Shown here one piece after another: positions 52,660-61,190 of a stretch of DNA of 64,000 nt. Numbering within the stretch: position 1 is the stretch's first letter; each line of letters starts with the position of its first letter. This stretch comes from Vicinamibacteria bacterium (GTDB taxonomy: Bacteria; Acidobacteriota; Vicinamibacteria; Marinacidobacterales; Marinacidobacteraceae): positions 1 through 64,000 of the forward strand of contig CAXXLQ010000004.1 of NCBI GenBank assembly GCA_963668695.2. Reading direction: 5' to 3'. The notes under the pieces are model-generated. The model ran no database searches, was not told the DNA's origin, and saw only the letters and a program-made list of their open reading frames with translations. Both the position numbers and the translations under genes were made by a program.

Positions 52660-52750
52660 GCCCGTGGGGAACGCGCCCCGCATGCAGCGAACTCGGCAAC
52701 TGTGTCGTGTCCTTCATGTGGCGGTGATGCGGGGTGCTTTCCCCGCGGGC
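52660..52750. repeat. 24-bp imperfect inverted repeat (stem-loop) just after the fbpA stop
   Basis: gcccgtggggaacgcgccccgcat / atgcggggtgctttccccgcgggc, 3 mismatches. Confidence 0.7.
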
Positions 52751-52752
52751 GA

Positions 52753-53793
52753 TCAGATCGCCCCGACTTCGCGGAGGAGATCGAGCGTTCCCCGCAGGTC
52801 GTCCAGATCCCCGAGTTCGAGGTCCGGCGGATTGATTTCGGAGAGGGGCGTCACCGCGGGATCGGTAGGGATCCCCTCAACCAGCGGATACTCGAACGTT
52901 TCCCGGGCGAAACGCTCCTGCACCGATTCCGTGAGCAGATAGGCCAGGAACCGCTCGGCGGCTTCGGGGTTGGCCGCCGTGTTCACCACCCCGCCGCCGG
53001 AGATGTTGATGAGGCCTCCGGCTCCTCCTCCCGCCGGGCTCACGGTCCGCGCGGCGAACTCCGGTCCCTGCTGGACCAGGAAGCGGAAGAGGTAGTAGTG
53101 GTTCGACAGCGCCAGCTCCACTTCCCCGTCCGCAACCGCCTGGTAAATCGCCGAGTTGTTCGGGTAGGCCACCGGGTCGTTGGCCAGTACTCCTTCGAGC
53201 CATTCCCTGGCAGCGTCCTCTCCCTCGAGCCGCCGGACGGCCGTCACGAACGCCTGGAAGGATCCGTTCGTCGGCGCCCAGCCGATGCGGCCTTTCCAGC
53301 GAGGATCGGTCAGACCGTGGATCGTGTCCGGCAGATCCTCGGGGGTCAGGAGTTCGGTGTTGTAGACGAACACCCGGGCGCGGCCGGTGGTGCCCACCCA
53401 GCGCCCGTTCGGATCCCGGAAACGGGATGAAACCCGATCAAGGATCGACTCGGGAAGCGGACTCAGACGGCCTTCGCTCGCCAATTGGCCAAGGGCTCCC
53501 GCGTCTTGACCGTAATAGACGTCCGCCGGACTCTGGTCGCCCTCTTCGAGAATCTGGGCCGCGAGGTCCGCGGTCCCGCCGTACCGGATCTCCACCTGGA
53601 TCCCCGTCTCCTCCTGAAACGCCTGAACCACCGGCCCGACGAGCGACTCTCCTCGGCCACAATAGATGGTCAGGGTCTCGGGCTCGGGAGTGCCAGTGCA
53701 GCCGGCAACGGCGGTGAGGACAATTGCGGCGGCTCCAAGCTTCCCGAAATCGGTCGCCGAGAGCCGCTTTGTGATACTGAAAATGGCTTTCAT
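52753..53793 (-). CDS. fbpA: Fe3+ ABC transporter substrate-binding lipoprotein
   Basis: Lipobox VAGC; EG..SPADV, W.G...RARV.VYN, NHYY Tyr pair, FEYPL. Confidence 0.9.
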   Translation of the reverse strand: MKAIFSITKRLSATDFGKLGAAAIVLTAVAGCTGTPEPETLTIYCGRGESLVGPVVQAFQEETGIQVEIRYGGTADLAAQILEEGDQSPADVYYGQDAGALGQLASEGRLSPLPESILDRVSSRFRDPNGRWVGTTGRARVFVYNTELLTPEDLPDTIHGLTDPRWKGRIGWAPTNGSFQAFVTAVRRLEGEDAAREWLEGVLANDPVAYPNNSAIYQAVADGEVELALSNHYYLFRFLVQQGPEFAARTVSPAGGGAGGLINISGGGVVNTAANPEAAERFLAYLLTESVQERFARETFEYPLVEGIPTDPAVTPLSEINPPDLELGDLDDLRGTLDLLREVGAI

Positions 53794-53820
53794 AGTTGAT
53801 AACTCTACCAAAATTATTCC
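53794..53820. promoter_or_regulatory. AT-rich Fur-box-like site upstream of fbpA
   Basis: agttGATAACtctaccaaaATTATTcc in the 64-bp divergent gap; partial match to GATAAT...ATTATC. Confidence 0.35.
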
Positions 53821-53857
53821 GCCGGCGCGTTTCTTGCTAACACCACCTTCGCACCCC

Positions 53858-54958
53858 ATGCCAACCCGGACACTTGCGTCAGCCGTCCTGGTGGCCGCTG
53901 TGTTCGCAGGCCTCGCCGAGGGTGCCCAGATCGAGCTGGAACGGCGGATCTCGGCGGTCTACCGGACGGCCAGCCCCGCGGTCGTGAACATCACCGCTGA
54001 AATCCAGAGCTACGACTGGTTCCGGGGCCAGGTCACCCAGCAGGGCACCGGCTCCGGGTTCGTCTACGACGGCCAAGGGCACATCGTCACGAACTACCAC
54101 GTCGTGGAGGCGGCCGATCAGCTTCAGGTCACCTTCTCCGACGGCGAAGTGCGCGATGCCCGGCTCGTGGGAGCCGATCCCTCGAACGATCTTGCAGTCC
54201 TCGAAGTGGCGGCCGGCGCCAACGATCCGGAACCCTTGGCGCTCGGAGACTCCGACGCCCTCGAAGTAGGGCGGTTCGTGGTGGCCATCGGACATCCCTT
54301 CGGCCTCGACCAGACCTTGACCACCGGAGTCGTGAGCGGCCTCGGCCGCATCATCGAGAGTCCCGATCGGGGATTCATCGGCGAGATCATCCAGACCGAC
54401 GCGGCCATCAATCAGGGGAACTCCGGAGGGCCCCTGCTAGACCTCGATGGACGGGTGGTCGGTGTAAACAGCGCCATCGTGAGCCCCACCGGGACCTCCG
54501 CGGGAATCGGGTACGCCATTCCCGCCGCCACGCTGGCGCGCGTCGTGCCGGAACTGATCCGGAACGGCCGATACCCGCACCCCCACCTGGCGATTTCGGT
54601 CCAGGAGATCAACGAGCAGTTCGCGGCCTACTTTCGCCGGGTCGGAATCGCGGCCCCCCCGGAGGGAGGTCTCATGATCCGGGCGGTCGCGCGGGGCGGG
54701 CCCGCGGACCGCGCCGGGCTGCGCGGAGCGGGCCAGGTTGGACGAATCGGCAACCTGCGGATCCGCTACGGCGGGGACTACCTACTGGCGGTAGACGGAC
54801 ATGCCGTAGGTACGGAGCGCGACCTCCTGCTTCTCCTCGAAACGAACTACCGGGTAGGTGACGAAGTCGGCCTGCGGCTCTGGCGCGACGAGCGCGAACT
54901 GGAGGTACGGGTCCAGCTCATCGACCGCGACACCGTCGTGCGCAGGCGGCGCCGGTAG
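53858..54958 (+). CDS. HtrA/DegP-like S1C serine protease with one PDZ domain
   Basis: TNYHVV, DLAVL, QTDAAIN.GNSGGPL; signal peptide. Confidence 0.93.
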   Translation: MPTRTLASAVLVAAVFAGLAEGAQIELERRISAVYRTASPAVVNITAEIQSYDWFRGQVTQQGTGSGFVYDGQGHIVTNYHVVEAADQLQVTFSDGEVRDARLVGADPSNDLAVLEVAAGANDPEPLALGDSDALEVGRFVVAIGHPFGLDQTLTTGVVSGLGRIIESPDRGFIGEIIQTDAAINQGNSGGPLLDLDGRVVGVNSAIVSPTGTSAGIGYAIPAATLARVVPELIRNGRYPHPHLAISVQEINEQFAAYFRRVGIAAPPEGGLMIRAVARGGPADRAGLRGAGQVGRIGNLRIRYGGDYLLAVDGHAVGTERDLLLLLETNYRVGDEVGLRLWRDERELEVRVQLIDRDTVVRRRRR

Positions 54959-54966
54959 AACGCTAG

Positions 54967-55270
54967 CAGCCTGTGGTGGAACCCGGGTGAGCGCCGAGCC
55001 CGGGGAGGCCCAGTTCTCCCGGTGGGGCCAGTTCTCCCGGTGGGGGCCCGGCTGACAAGGCGCGTGAGGGAGGAGCCCCCACCGGGAGAACTGGCCCGGG
55101 TGTATGCCGACCGAAACGCAACGATGAGCGGCGCGCAGCGACGCGGTTCAGCCGGGATGGATCGCCGGCCGAACGCCGCGTGGGTTTCACTACCGGCTGT
55201 TTGGCCGGGATGGATCGCCGGGCGAGCCCCCACCGGGAGAACTGGGCCGCCTGGGTTTCACCACCGGCTG
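54967..55270 (+). mobile_element. MITE copy E with duplicated right end and four 21-mers
   Basis: Flanks CTAG/CTAA; right terminus occurs twice (ends 55199 and 55270); motifs at about 55009, 55027, 55075 and 55226. Confidence 0.85.
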
Positions 55271-57007
55271 CTAACTCCGGGCGGATAGCAGCCGGGTCAG
55301 CGCGAAGGCGGACGCCAGGGCGAGGAGAGCCCAGGACAGGGTGATGGCGAGACCGCGTCCGAAGAGCAGCGCCCCGCTCCCGAAGAGCACGGAATAGACC
55401 ATCACGCAGGCCACCGGCCACGCGAGAAAAGCGCGGGTGACGGGCTCGGGGCGCAACCGCGTACGAACGTAGGCGGCGTCCCAACCGGGACGCGGTGGCC
55501 GGGTTCGCTCGACGAAGGCGTCGAGCGTCTCCTTCGACTCGGCCGGGGTCACCAGAGTTGCGCCTACCCAAATCACCGTAGTGGCGGCCAGGCCGATCAC
55601 CAGTCCCCGAATCGAGCCCGGCTGGATCCCAAGAAGCGGAAGGGACACCGCCACCCCCAGCGATCCCGCCATGCCGGCGATCTCGCTCCAGGCGCTGATG
55701 CGCCACCACAGCCAGCGCGCGATGAAGAGCGGCCCGGTACCGGCCCCGATCTGGAGCAGCAACCCGAAACCTCCCCGCGCGGTGTCGATGAAGAGCGTGA
55801 GCAGTCCGGCCGCCGCCATCAGGAGGATGGTGGCGGCGCGCGCTACCGCAACGGATTCGCGAGCTCCGGCGGCGGGCCGGAAGAACCGCCGGTAGACGTC
55901 CTCCACCACATAGGAGGCGCCCCAGTTGAGGTGGGTGTCCACGGTGGACATGTAGGCCCCCGCGAGCGAAGCGGCGGCCAGACCCAGGAGTCCGGGCGGC
56001 AGGAGCCGGAGCATGAGGGGATAGGCGAGGTCGTCGCCGACAAGCGCCGGGTCGAGGCCGGGCAGCGCATCCCGGAGAGCGGCCAGATCCGGATAGACGG
56101 CCAGTGAGGCAAGGGCCACCAGGATCCAGGGCCAGGGTCTCAGGGTGTAGTGGGCGATGTTGAACCAGAGCGTCCCCCGGAGCGCGTCCTTCTCGCTCCG
56201 GGCGGCCAGCATCCGCTGGGCGATGTAACCGCCCCCCCCGGGCTCCGCTCCCGGGTACCAGACGCTCCACCACTGGAGCGCCACCGGCACCACGAACAGG
56301 ACCGCGAATGCTTCGGTCCCGGTCGGTGGAACGATGGCGAGGCGGTCCCCGAACTGCTCCACCAGCCCCGAAAGACCACCCACCGCCGGGTGTCCGAGCG
56401 CCCAGACCGCCGCCACCACGGCCCCCACCATGGACAGGACGAACTGCAGGAGGTCGGTGACCACCACTCCCCAAAATCCCGCGACCACCGCGTAGGCGGC
56501 CGCCAGCACGCCGGCGATCAGGACGGCGGTCGACTTGTCCAGTCCGAAAAGTACGCCGCCGATCTTGGCGCCCGCGAGGGTGACGGTGGCAATGACCACG
56601 CAGTTGAAGAAGACCCCGAGATACACCGCGCGGAATCCGCGCAGGAAGGCGGCCGGTTTTCCCGAGTAGCGGATCTCATAGAACCCCAGGTCCGTCGTGA
56701 GCCGACTCCGCCGCCACAGCGGCGCGAAGATAAACACCGTGAGCATGCCGGTGATGCAGAAGGCCCACCACGCCCAGTTGGCGGCCACGCCGTTCTGCCG
56801 GACAAGTTCGGCGACCAGGTTCGGGGTATCGGTCGAGAAGGTGGTCGCCACCATCGAGGTCCCGAGCAACCACCAGGGAAGTCGCCGCCCGGCGAGAAAG
56901 AAGGAATCGCTGTCCTTCGCCGCGAAGCGGACCGCCCACAGACCAATGGCGAGCACCGCAGCCAGATAGAGCCCGAAGACGATCCAGTCCAGCCCGCCGA
57001 AAGCCAT
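55271..57007 (-). CDS. Sodium:solute symporter family protein
   Basis: FFLAGR.LPWW..G.SMVATTF..DTP, GGGY..QRM.AA.SE, A.MST..T.LNWG.SY. Confidence 0.93.
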   Translation of the reverse strand: MAFGGLDWIVFGLYLAAVLAIGLWAVRFAAKDSDSFFLAGRRLPWWLLGTSMVATTFSTDTPNLVAELVRQNGVAANWAWWAFCITGMLTVFIFAPLWRRSRLTTDLGFYEIRYSGKPAAFLRGFRAVYLGVFFNCVVIATVTLAGAKIGGVLFGLDKSTAVLIAGVLAAAYAVVAGFWGVVVTDLLQFVLSMVGAVVAAVWALGHPAVGGLSGLVEQFGDRLAIVPPTGTEAFAVLFVVPVALQWWSVWYPGAEPGGGGYIAQRMLAARSEKDALRGTLWFNIAHYTLRPWPWILVALASLAVYPDLAALRDALPGLDPALVGDDLAYPLMLRLLPPGLLGLAAASLAGAYMSTVDTHLNWGASYVVEDVYRRFFRPAAGARESVAVARAATILLMAAAGLLTLFIDTARGGFGLLLQIGAGTGPLFIARWLWWRISAWSEIAGMAGSLGVAVSLPLLGIQPGSIRGLVIGLAATTVIWVGATLVTPAESKETLDAFVERTRPPRPGWDAAYVRTRLRPEPVTRAFLAWPVACVMVYSVLFGSGALLFGRGLAITLSWALLALASAFALTRLLSARS

Positions 57008-57082
57008 TAGCCTGCCAAACCGTAACCGAACCCCACGGCCGCCCCCGACTGACCTTGACCGCGCCCTAAACTCCCGTTCCTG

Positions 57083-57961
57083 ATGCGGGTGGCGACACTC
57101 CTCTGGATCTCGCTGGCGTTAGCAGCCGGTGGACAAAGTCAGGCCTCCGCCCAGGAAATTCAGATCGGGGGAAGGCGGGCTGCGGAAGCGTTGCTCGCGC
57201 GGGTGCTGGAACACCGCGAGGCCGTGCGGCGGCTGGAAGGCCAGCTGACCTTCCGGCAACTGATCACGACCGAAGCCCTCGACGAACAGCGGAACGTCGT
57301 CTCCACCGCCAACGCACTCTACGAATACGAGCCGGTGTTCGGCCGTCACCTCTGGAAGCTGCTCGAACTCGACGGCGAGGCGATCGGCGGGCGGCGGTTC
57401 CGCCGGGAAGAGCGGCGTTACCGGCGGGCCGTCGAAGCGGCAAAGGAGGAGGCCGAAGAGGACCGCCTGGCCCTGGAACGCCGGGATCCGGACTACGAAG
57501 TCCTCCCCAAGAACGGAATGGACCTCTTCTACGAGATCGCGAAGGACGCGCTCGAGCTCGAGATGTTCGAGGGAGAACTGTTCCGGGGCGCTACCTGGCG
57601 CGGCCGGCCCATGCAGATTGTGCGCTTCCGGCCTCGGCCGGGGTTCGAAGACGCTCCCAACCGGATGATGTCGGTCGTGTCCAAATGCGCGGGCGAGCTA
57701 TGGGTGGATCCGGAGAGTCTGCAGATCGCCCGGGTTCGGAGCGTCCTCCAGCAGGACGAGAACTTTGTTGCCGGCCTCTTCGGGCGTCTCCACCGCGGGA
57801 CGAGCACCGAGGTGGAAAGCCAGTTCGACGGAAGGATCTGGCTCCCGCAGCGAGTGACCATGACGGTGGACGCCCGGATGTACTTCATCCGCAGGATTCG
57901 CCGGCGGGTCCACTACGACTTCCTGGGTTTTCGTTCGTTCCCGCCGCCCACAGACCGGTAG
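57083..57961 (+). CDS. Hypothetical exported protein
   Basis: Signal peptide; beta-rich C-terminal half (G.LWVD......R, WLP). Confidence 0.75.
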   Translation: MRVATLLWISLALAAGGQSQASAQEIQIGGRRAAEALLARVLEHREAVRRLEGQLTFRQLITTEALDEQRNVVSTANALYEYEPVFGRHLWKLLELDGEAIGGRRFRREERRYRRAVEAAKEEAEEDRLALERRDPDYEVLPKNGMDLFYEIAKDALELEMFEGELFRGATWRGRPMQIVRFRPRPGFEDAPNRMMSVVSKCAGELWVDPESLQIARVRSVLQQDENFVAGLFGRLHRGTSTEVESQFDGRIWLPQRVTMTVDARMYFIRRIRRRVHYDFLGFRSFPPPTDR

Positions 57962-57980
57962 CATTATCTGTTCGTCGGCC

Positions 57981-58730
57981 ATGCTCACCCTCACCCCACT
58001 CGAAGGGATCCCGGAAGTCGAACCCGGATGCGATCTGGCCCACCTGCTGCTCGACGGCATGCTCCGAGCGCACCTGGACCCCGCCGACGGCGACATCCTC
58101 GTGGTGTGCCACAAGGTCGTTTCCAAGGCGGAGGGCCGCCTGGTCCGCCTCGACCGCATGCGGCCTTCCAAGATCGCCCGCGCCTGGGCCCGCGCGAACG
58201 GACGGGACGAACGCGAGGTCCAGGCAGTAATGGGCGAGGCGCACAGCATCGTCCGGGTGCAGCGCGGGGTTCTGATTACCCAGACCCGTCACGGCTTTGT
58301 GTGCGCCAACTCGGGCGTGGACCGCTCGAACGTGCCCGAAGGCCATGTGTGCCTGCTGCCGGAGGATCCCGACCGTTCGGCAGGCGAGCTTGCCGCGCGG
58401 CTGTCCTCAGCGACCGATGCGGCCCTGGGAGTCGTCATCACCGATACGTGGGGCCGTCCCTTCCGGTTGGGAGCGATCAACGTGGCCATCGGGATCGCGG
58501 GCGCCTGCTCGCTCCTCGACTATCGGGGGCAGCAGGATCCTGCCGGCCGCACACTCCGGTCGGCGACGACCGCCGTGGGAGACGAGTTGGCGGCAGCCGC
58601 GGGCATCGTGATGGGCAAGTTGAGGCGAATTCCGGCGGTCCTGGTAAAGGGGTTCCCGTCGGATCCGGCTGGACAGCGCGGCACCGGGGCTTCGCTGATT
58701 CGCGACCGCGGGGAAGACCTCTTCCAGTGA
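57981..58730 (+). CDS. cofE: Coenzyme F420-0:L-glutamate ligase
   Basis: GIPEV.PG.DL, K.VSKAEG, G.VCANSGVD.SN, LP.DPD.SA, DT.GRP.R.G, DELA.AA...MGK. Confidence 0.93.
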   Translation: MLTLTPLEGIPEVEPGCDLAHLLLDGMLRAHLDPADGDILVVCHKVVSKAEGRLVRLDRMRPSKIARAWARANGRDEREVQAVMGEAHSIVRVQRGVLITQTRHGFVCANSGVDRSNVPEGHVCLLPEDPDRSAGELAARLSSATDAALGVVITDTWGRPFRLGAINVAIGIAGACSLLDYRGQQDPAGRTLRSATTAVGDELAAAAGIVMGKLRRIPAVLVKGFPSDPAGQRGTGASLIRDRGEDLFQ

Positions 58731-59467
58731 GCGGCCCCCGCTTCGCGGTGCTGGGCGGGAGCGGACGGTTCGGACTCGGGCTCGCGTGGAGGCTTGCGGT
58801 CGGCGGAGCCGAGGTGGTGATCGGCTCCCGCGATGAGGGCCGAGCCATGGACGCCGCGACTCGAGTCCGCCGCGGGCTGGATCCCGCGGGCGGCGCTCCT
58901 TTCCCGGAACAGGAACTCACTGTGTCCGGGACGACCAATCTGGCGGCGGCGGGCGCTGCAGAAACAGTGTTTCTCAGCGTGCCTTTTTCCGCGCAGGAGG
59001 TCCTGCTGCACGAGGTCGGCCCCGCGCTCGAATCGAAAATGGTCATCTGCTGCGCCGTGATGTGGCCACCGGGTTCACGGCCGGAGACCTCAGCAGCCGA
59101 AGAAGCCGAGCGGACCCTCCGCCGGACGGGCGCCCGGAAGGTCCGCATCGCCGCCGCCTTCCAGACGATCGCCGCCGGCGTCCTGCGGCGCCTGCCGGAG
59201 CCGGCCTCCCGGGACGCATCACCGGATGTCCTCGTATTCGCCGACGAACCGGCGAACTGTGAGGCCGCCGCCCGGGCGGCGGCGTTCTCCGGGTTGCGGG
59301 CGGTACCCACCGGACCGCTGCGAGGATCCCGCGTCGCCGAGGCCGCCCTCTCGTTACTGATGGAGCTGAACCGGGGTCCCGCGCGCCACGCCGGGCTGAT
59401 GGTCACCGGTCTGGCAGCCGGTGGGCAAAGTCACGTGAGCACCGAAAACGGTGAGGCGCCCGGCTGA
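58727..59467 (+). CDS. npdG: NADPH-dependent F420 reductase; C-terminus now read from MITE copy F
   Basis: GGSGRFG.GLA.R, V.IGSR, SAAE, AAFQ, G.L..SR..E; GTG start overlaps the cofE stop. Confidence 0.8.
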   Translation: MSGPRFAVLGGSGRFGLGLAWRLAVGGAEVVIGSRDEGRAMDAATRVRRGLDPAGGAPFPEQELTVSGTTNLAAAGAAETVFLSVPFSAQEVLLHEVGPALESKMVICCAVMWPPGSRPETSAAEEAERTLRRTGARKVRIAAAFQTIAAGVLRRLPEPASRDASPDVLVFADEPANCEAAARAAAFSGLRAVPTGPLRGSRVAEAALSLLMELNRGPARHAGLMVTGLAAGGQSHVSTENGEAPG

Positions 59468-60061
59468 CAAGGCGCGCGAGGGAGGAGCCCCCACCGGGAG
59501 AACTGGCCCGAGTGTATTTCGACCGAAGCGCAACGATGAACGAAGCGTAGCGAAGTGCTTCAGCCGGGATGCATCGCCGGTCGCTTCCGGAGCGGGGCGC
59601 AAGCACCGCGGAGACCCCGGAGCGAGAGAGATGGGGGACAGGAACACCCGGCCCCGGTCCCTCTTGACTCGGGCTTCCAGAGCGGGGCGCAAGCACCGCG
59701 GAGACCCCGGAGCGAGAGGGATGGGGGACGGGAACACCCGACCACCATCCCTCTTGACTCGGGCTTCCAGAGCGGGGCGCAAGCACCGCGGAGACCCCGG
59801 AGCGAGAGGGATGGGGGACGGGAACACCCGACCACCATCCCTCTTGACTCGGGCTTCCGGAGCGGGGCGCAAGCACCGCGGAGACCCCGGAGCGAGAGGG
59901 ATGGGGGACGGGAACACCCGGCCCCGATCCCTCTTGACTCGGGCTTCCGGAGCGGGGCGCAAGCACCGCGGAGACCCCGGAGCGAGAGGGATGGGGGACG
60001 GGGACACCCGACCACCATCCCTCTTGACTCGGGAATGCCGCGTGACTTTGTCCACAGGCTG
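59415..60061 (+). mobile_element. MITE copy F with one 21-mer and a 5x90-bp internal array
   Basis: CAGCCGGTGGGCAAAGTCACG...CGTGACTTTGTCCACAGGCTG; flanks CTGG/CTAG. Confidence 0.85.
59583..60032. repeat. Tandem array, 5 x 90 bp (same unit as 52358-52627)
   Basis: Units start at 59583, 59673, 59763, 59853 and 59943, with few substitutions. Confidence 0.95.
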
Positions 60062-60089
60062 CTAGAAACCTGACCGGATTTACGGAAAC

Positions 60090-61190
60090 ATGGAATCCGG
60101 TTTCGGGGCGAAGCGGCTTCTCTTGGGGGCGCTCCCTTTCGTCGGAGCAGCCCTCATCCTCGCGCTCCTCTTCCGCCGGATCCCGCCGGACCGGATTCTG
60201 GATGCGCTGTCGGGAGCCGATCCGCTCCTCTTCTTCGCGGCGCTTCTGCCGGTCTCCATCCTCTACGTCTTGCTCGACGGCGCCCTCCTGACGGCGGTGC
60301 TCCGCTGGTTCCACCCTCCCGGGATCAGCTTCCGCGACTCGCTCGCGGTTCGCGCGGTGGACTATCTGGTTTCGCTCTGGAACGGGCGCGCCTCACAGGC
60401 CGCCATGGTGGGCACGCTGGGACGGCGCTTCGCGGTTGCCGAAAACAGCCCGAAATCGCACGCGGATTCCGGTTACTGGGAGTGCGCCGGGACGATCCTC
60501 TTTCTCGACCTCGGCCAGCGCGCCCACCTTCTGCTCTGGGCGGCAGGAGGGGCGGTCGTTCTGGGCGGCCAGGCGCCCGACCGTGTTCCCGCCGCCGCGG
60601 CGGTCGGTTTTCTGGGCCTCTGCCTGTTGGTCGCCTTCCTGCGCGGCCGTCTCCGAGGGGCCGGACTCGGACCACCTCGTTGGAGACTGCTGCGAACCCT
60701 CCGCCACGCCGCTCTCAAACACTACCTGTGGGTGCTCGCGTTCAAGGCGCCCCTGATCGTCGCCGCCGCGGTGGGACACCACTTCGCCCTCGGGGCCTTC
60801 GGCATCCAGATTCCGGTGGGCTCTCTCCTCGCCACCCTCCCGATCATCTTCCTCGCGGGCGCGCTGCCGATCGCGGTGGCGCGCATCGGAACGAGCCAGG
60901 CCGCCTGGCTCTTTTTCCACGCCGGAGCGGCCGCCGCCTCACCGGGTGGAGAAGCCGCCCTGCTCGCCTACAGCCTGTCCGCCCACCTGACCTTTCTGCT
61001 TCTGAACGCTGCGCTCAGCGCGCCGTTTCTTCCGGCGGCGTGGCGCACCGTCCGCGGCGCTTCCCGGGCGGGTTCTCCCGGTGGGGGTCTGCTCGGGAGA
61101 AAACCCGACGAGCCCGGAGGTGGATCCGCTACGGGATCCGCCGGTACACGCTCCGGAGAAGCACCGGATCCCCTCTCCGTGGCATCTTGA
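60090..61190 (+). CDS. Lysylphosphatidylglycerol synthase TM / flippase-like domain membrane protein
   Basis: ~8 TM; LPIAVARIGT.QAAW motif; low-complexity tail contains a degenerate 21-mer at 61072-61087. Confidence 0.7.
   Translation: MESGFGAKRLLLGALPFVGAALILALLFRRIPPDRILDALSGADPLLFFAALLPVSILYVLLDGALLTAVLRWFHPPGISFRDSLAVRAVDYLVSLWNGRASQAAMVGTLGRRFAVAENSPKSHADSGYWECAGTILFLDLGQRAHLLLWAAGGAVVLGGQAPDRVPAAAAVGFLGLCLLVAFLRGRLRGAGLGPPRWRLLRTLRHAALKHYLWVLAFKAPLIVAAAVGHHFALGAFGIQIPVGSLLATLPIIFLAGALPIAVARIGTSQAAWLFFHAGAAAASPGGEAALLAYSLSAHLTFLLLNAALSAPFLPAAWRTVRGASRAGSPGGGLLGRKPDEPGGGSATGSAGTRSGEAPDPLSVAS

Noticed and set aside
52727-52750. gtgctttccccgcgggc resembles the start of a type I-E CRISPR repeat
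   Set aside because: Single partial match that forms one arm of an inverted repeat; no repeat-spacer periodicity
51948-52942. ORFs of 150-300 aa over MITE D and MITE F (also 59354-60314)
   Set aside because: They are translations of the stop-poor 90-bp repeat, open in several frames on both strands, with no protein-like features
59583-60032. 90-bp arrays (also 52358-52627) as CRISPR arrays
   Set aside because: Units are near-identical along their full length with no unique spacers, and no cas genes are present
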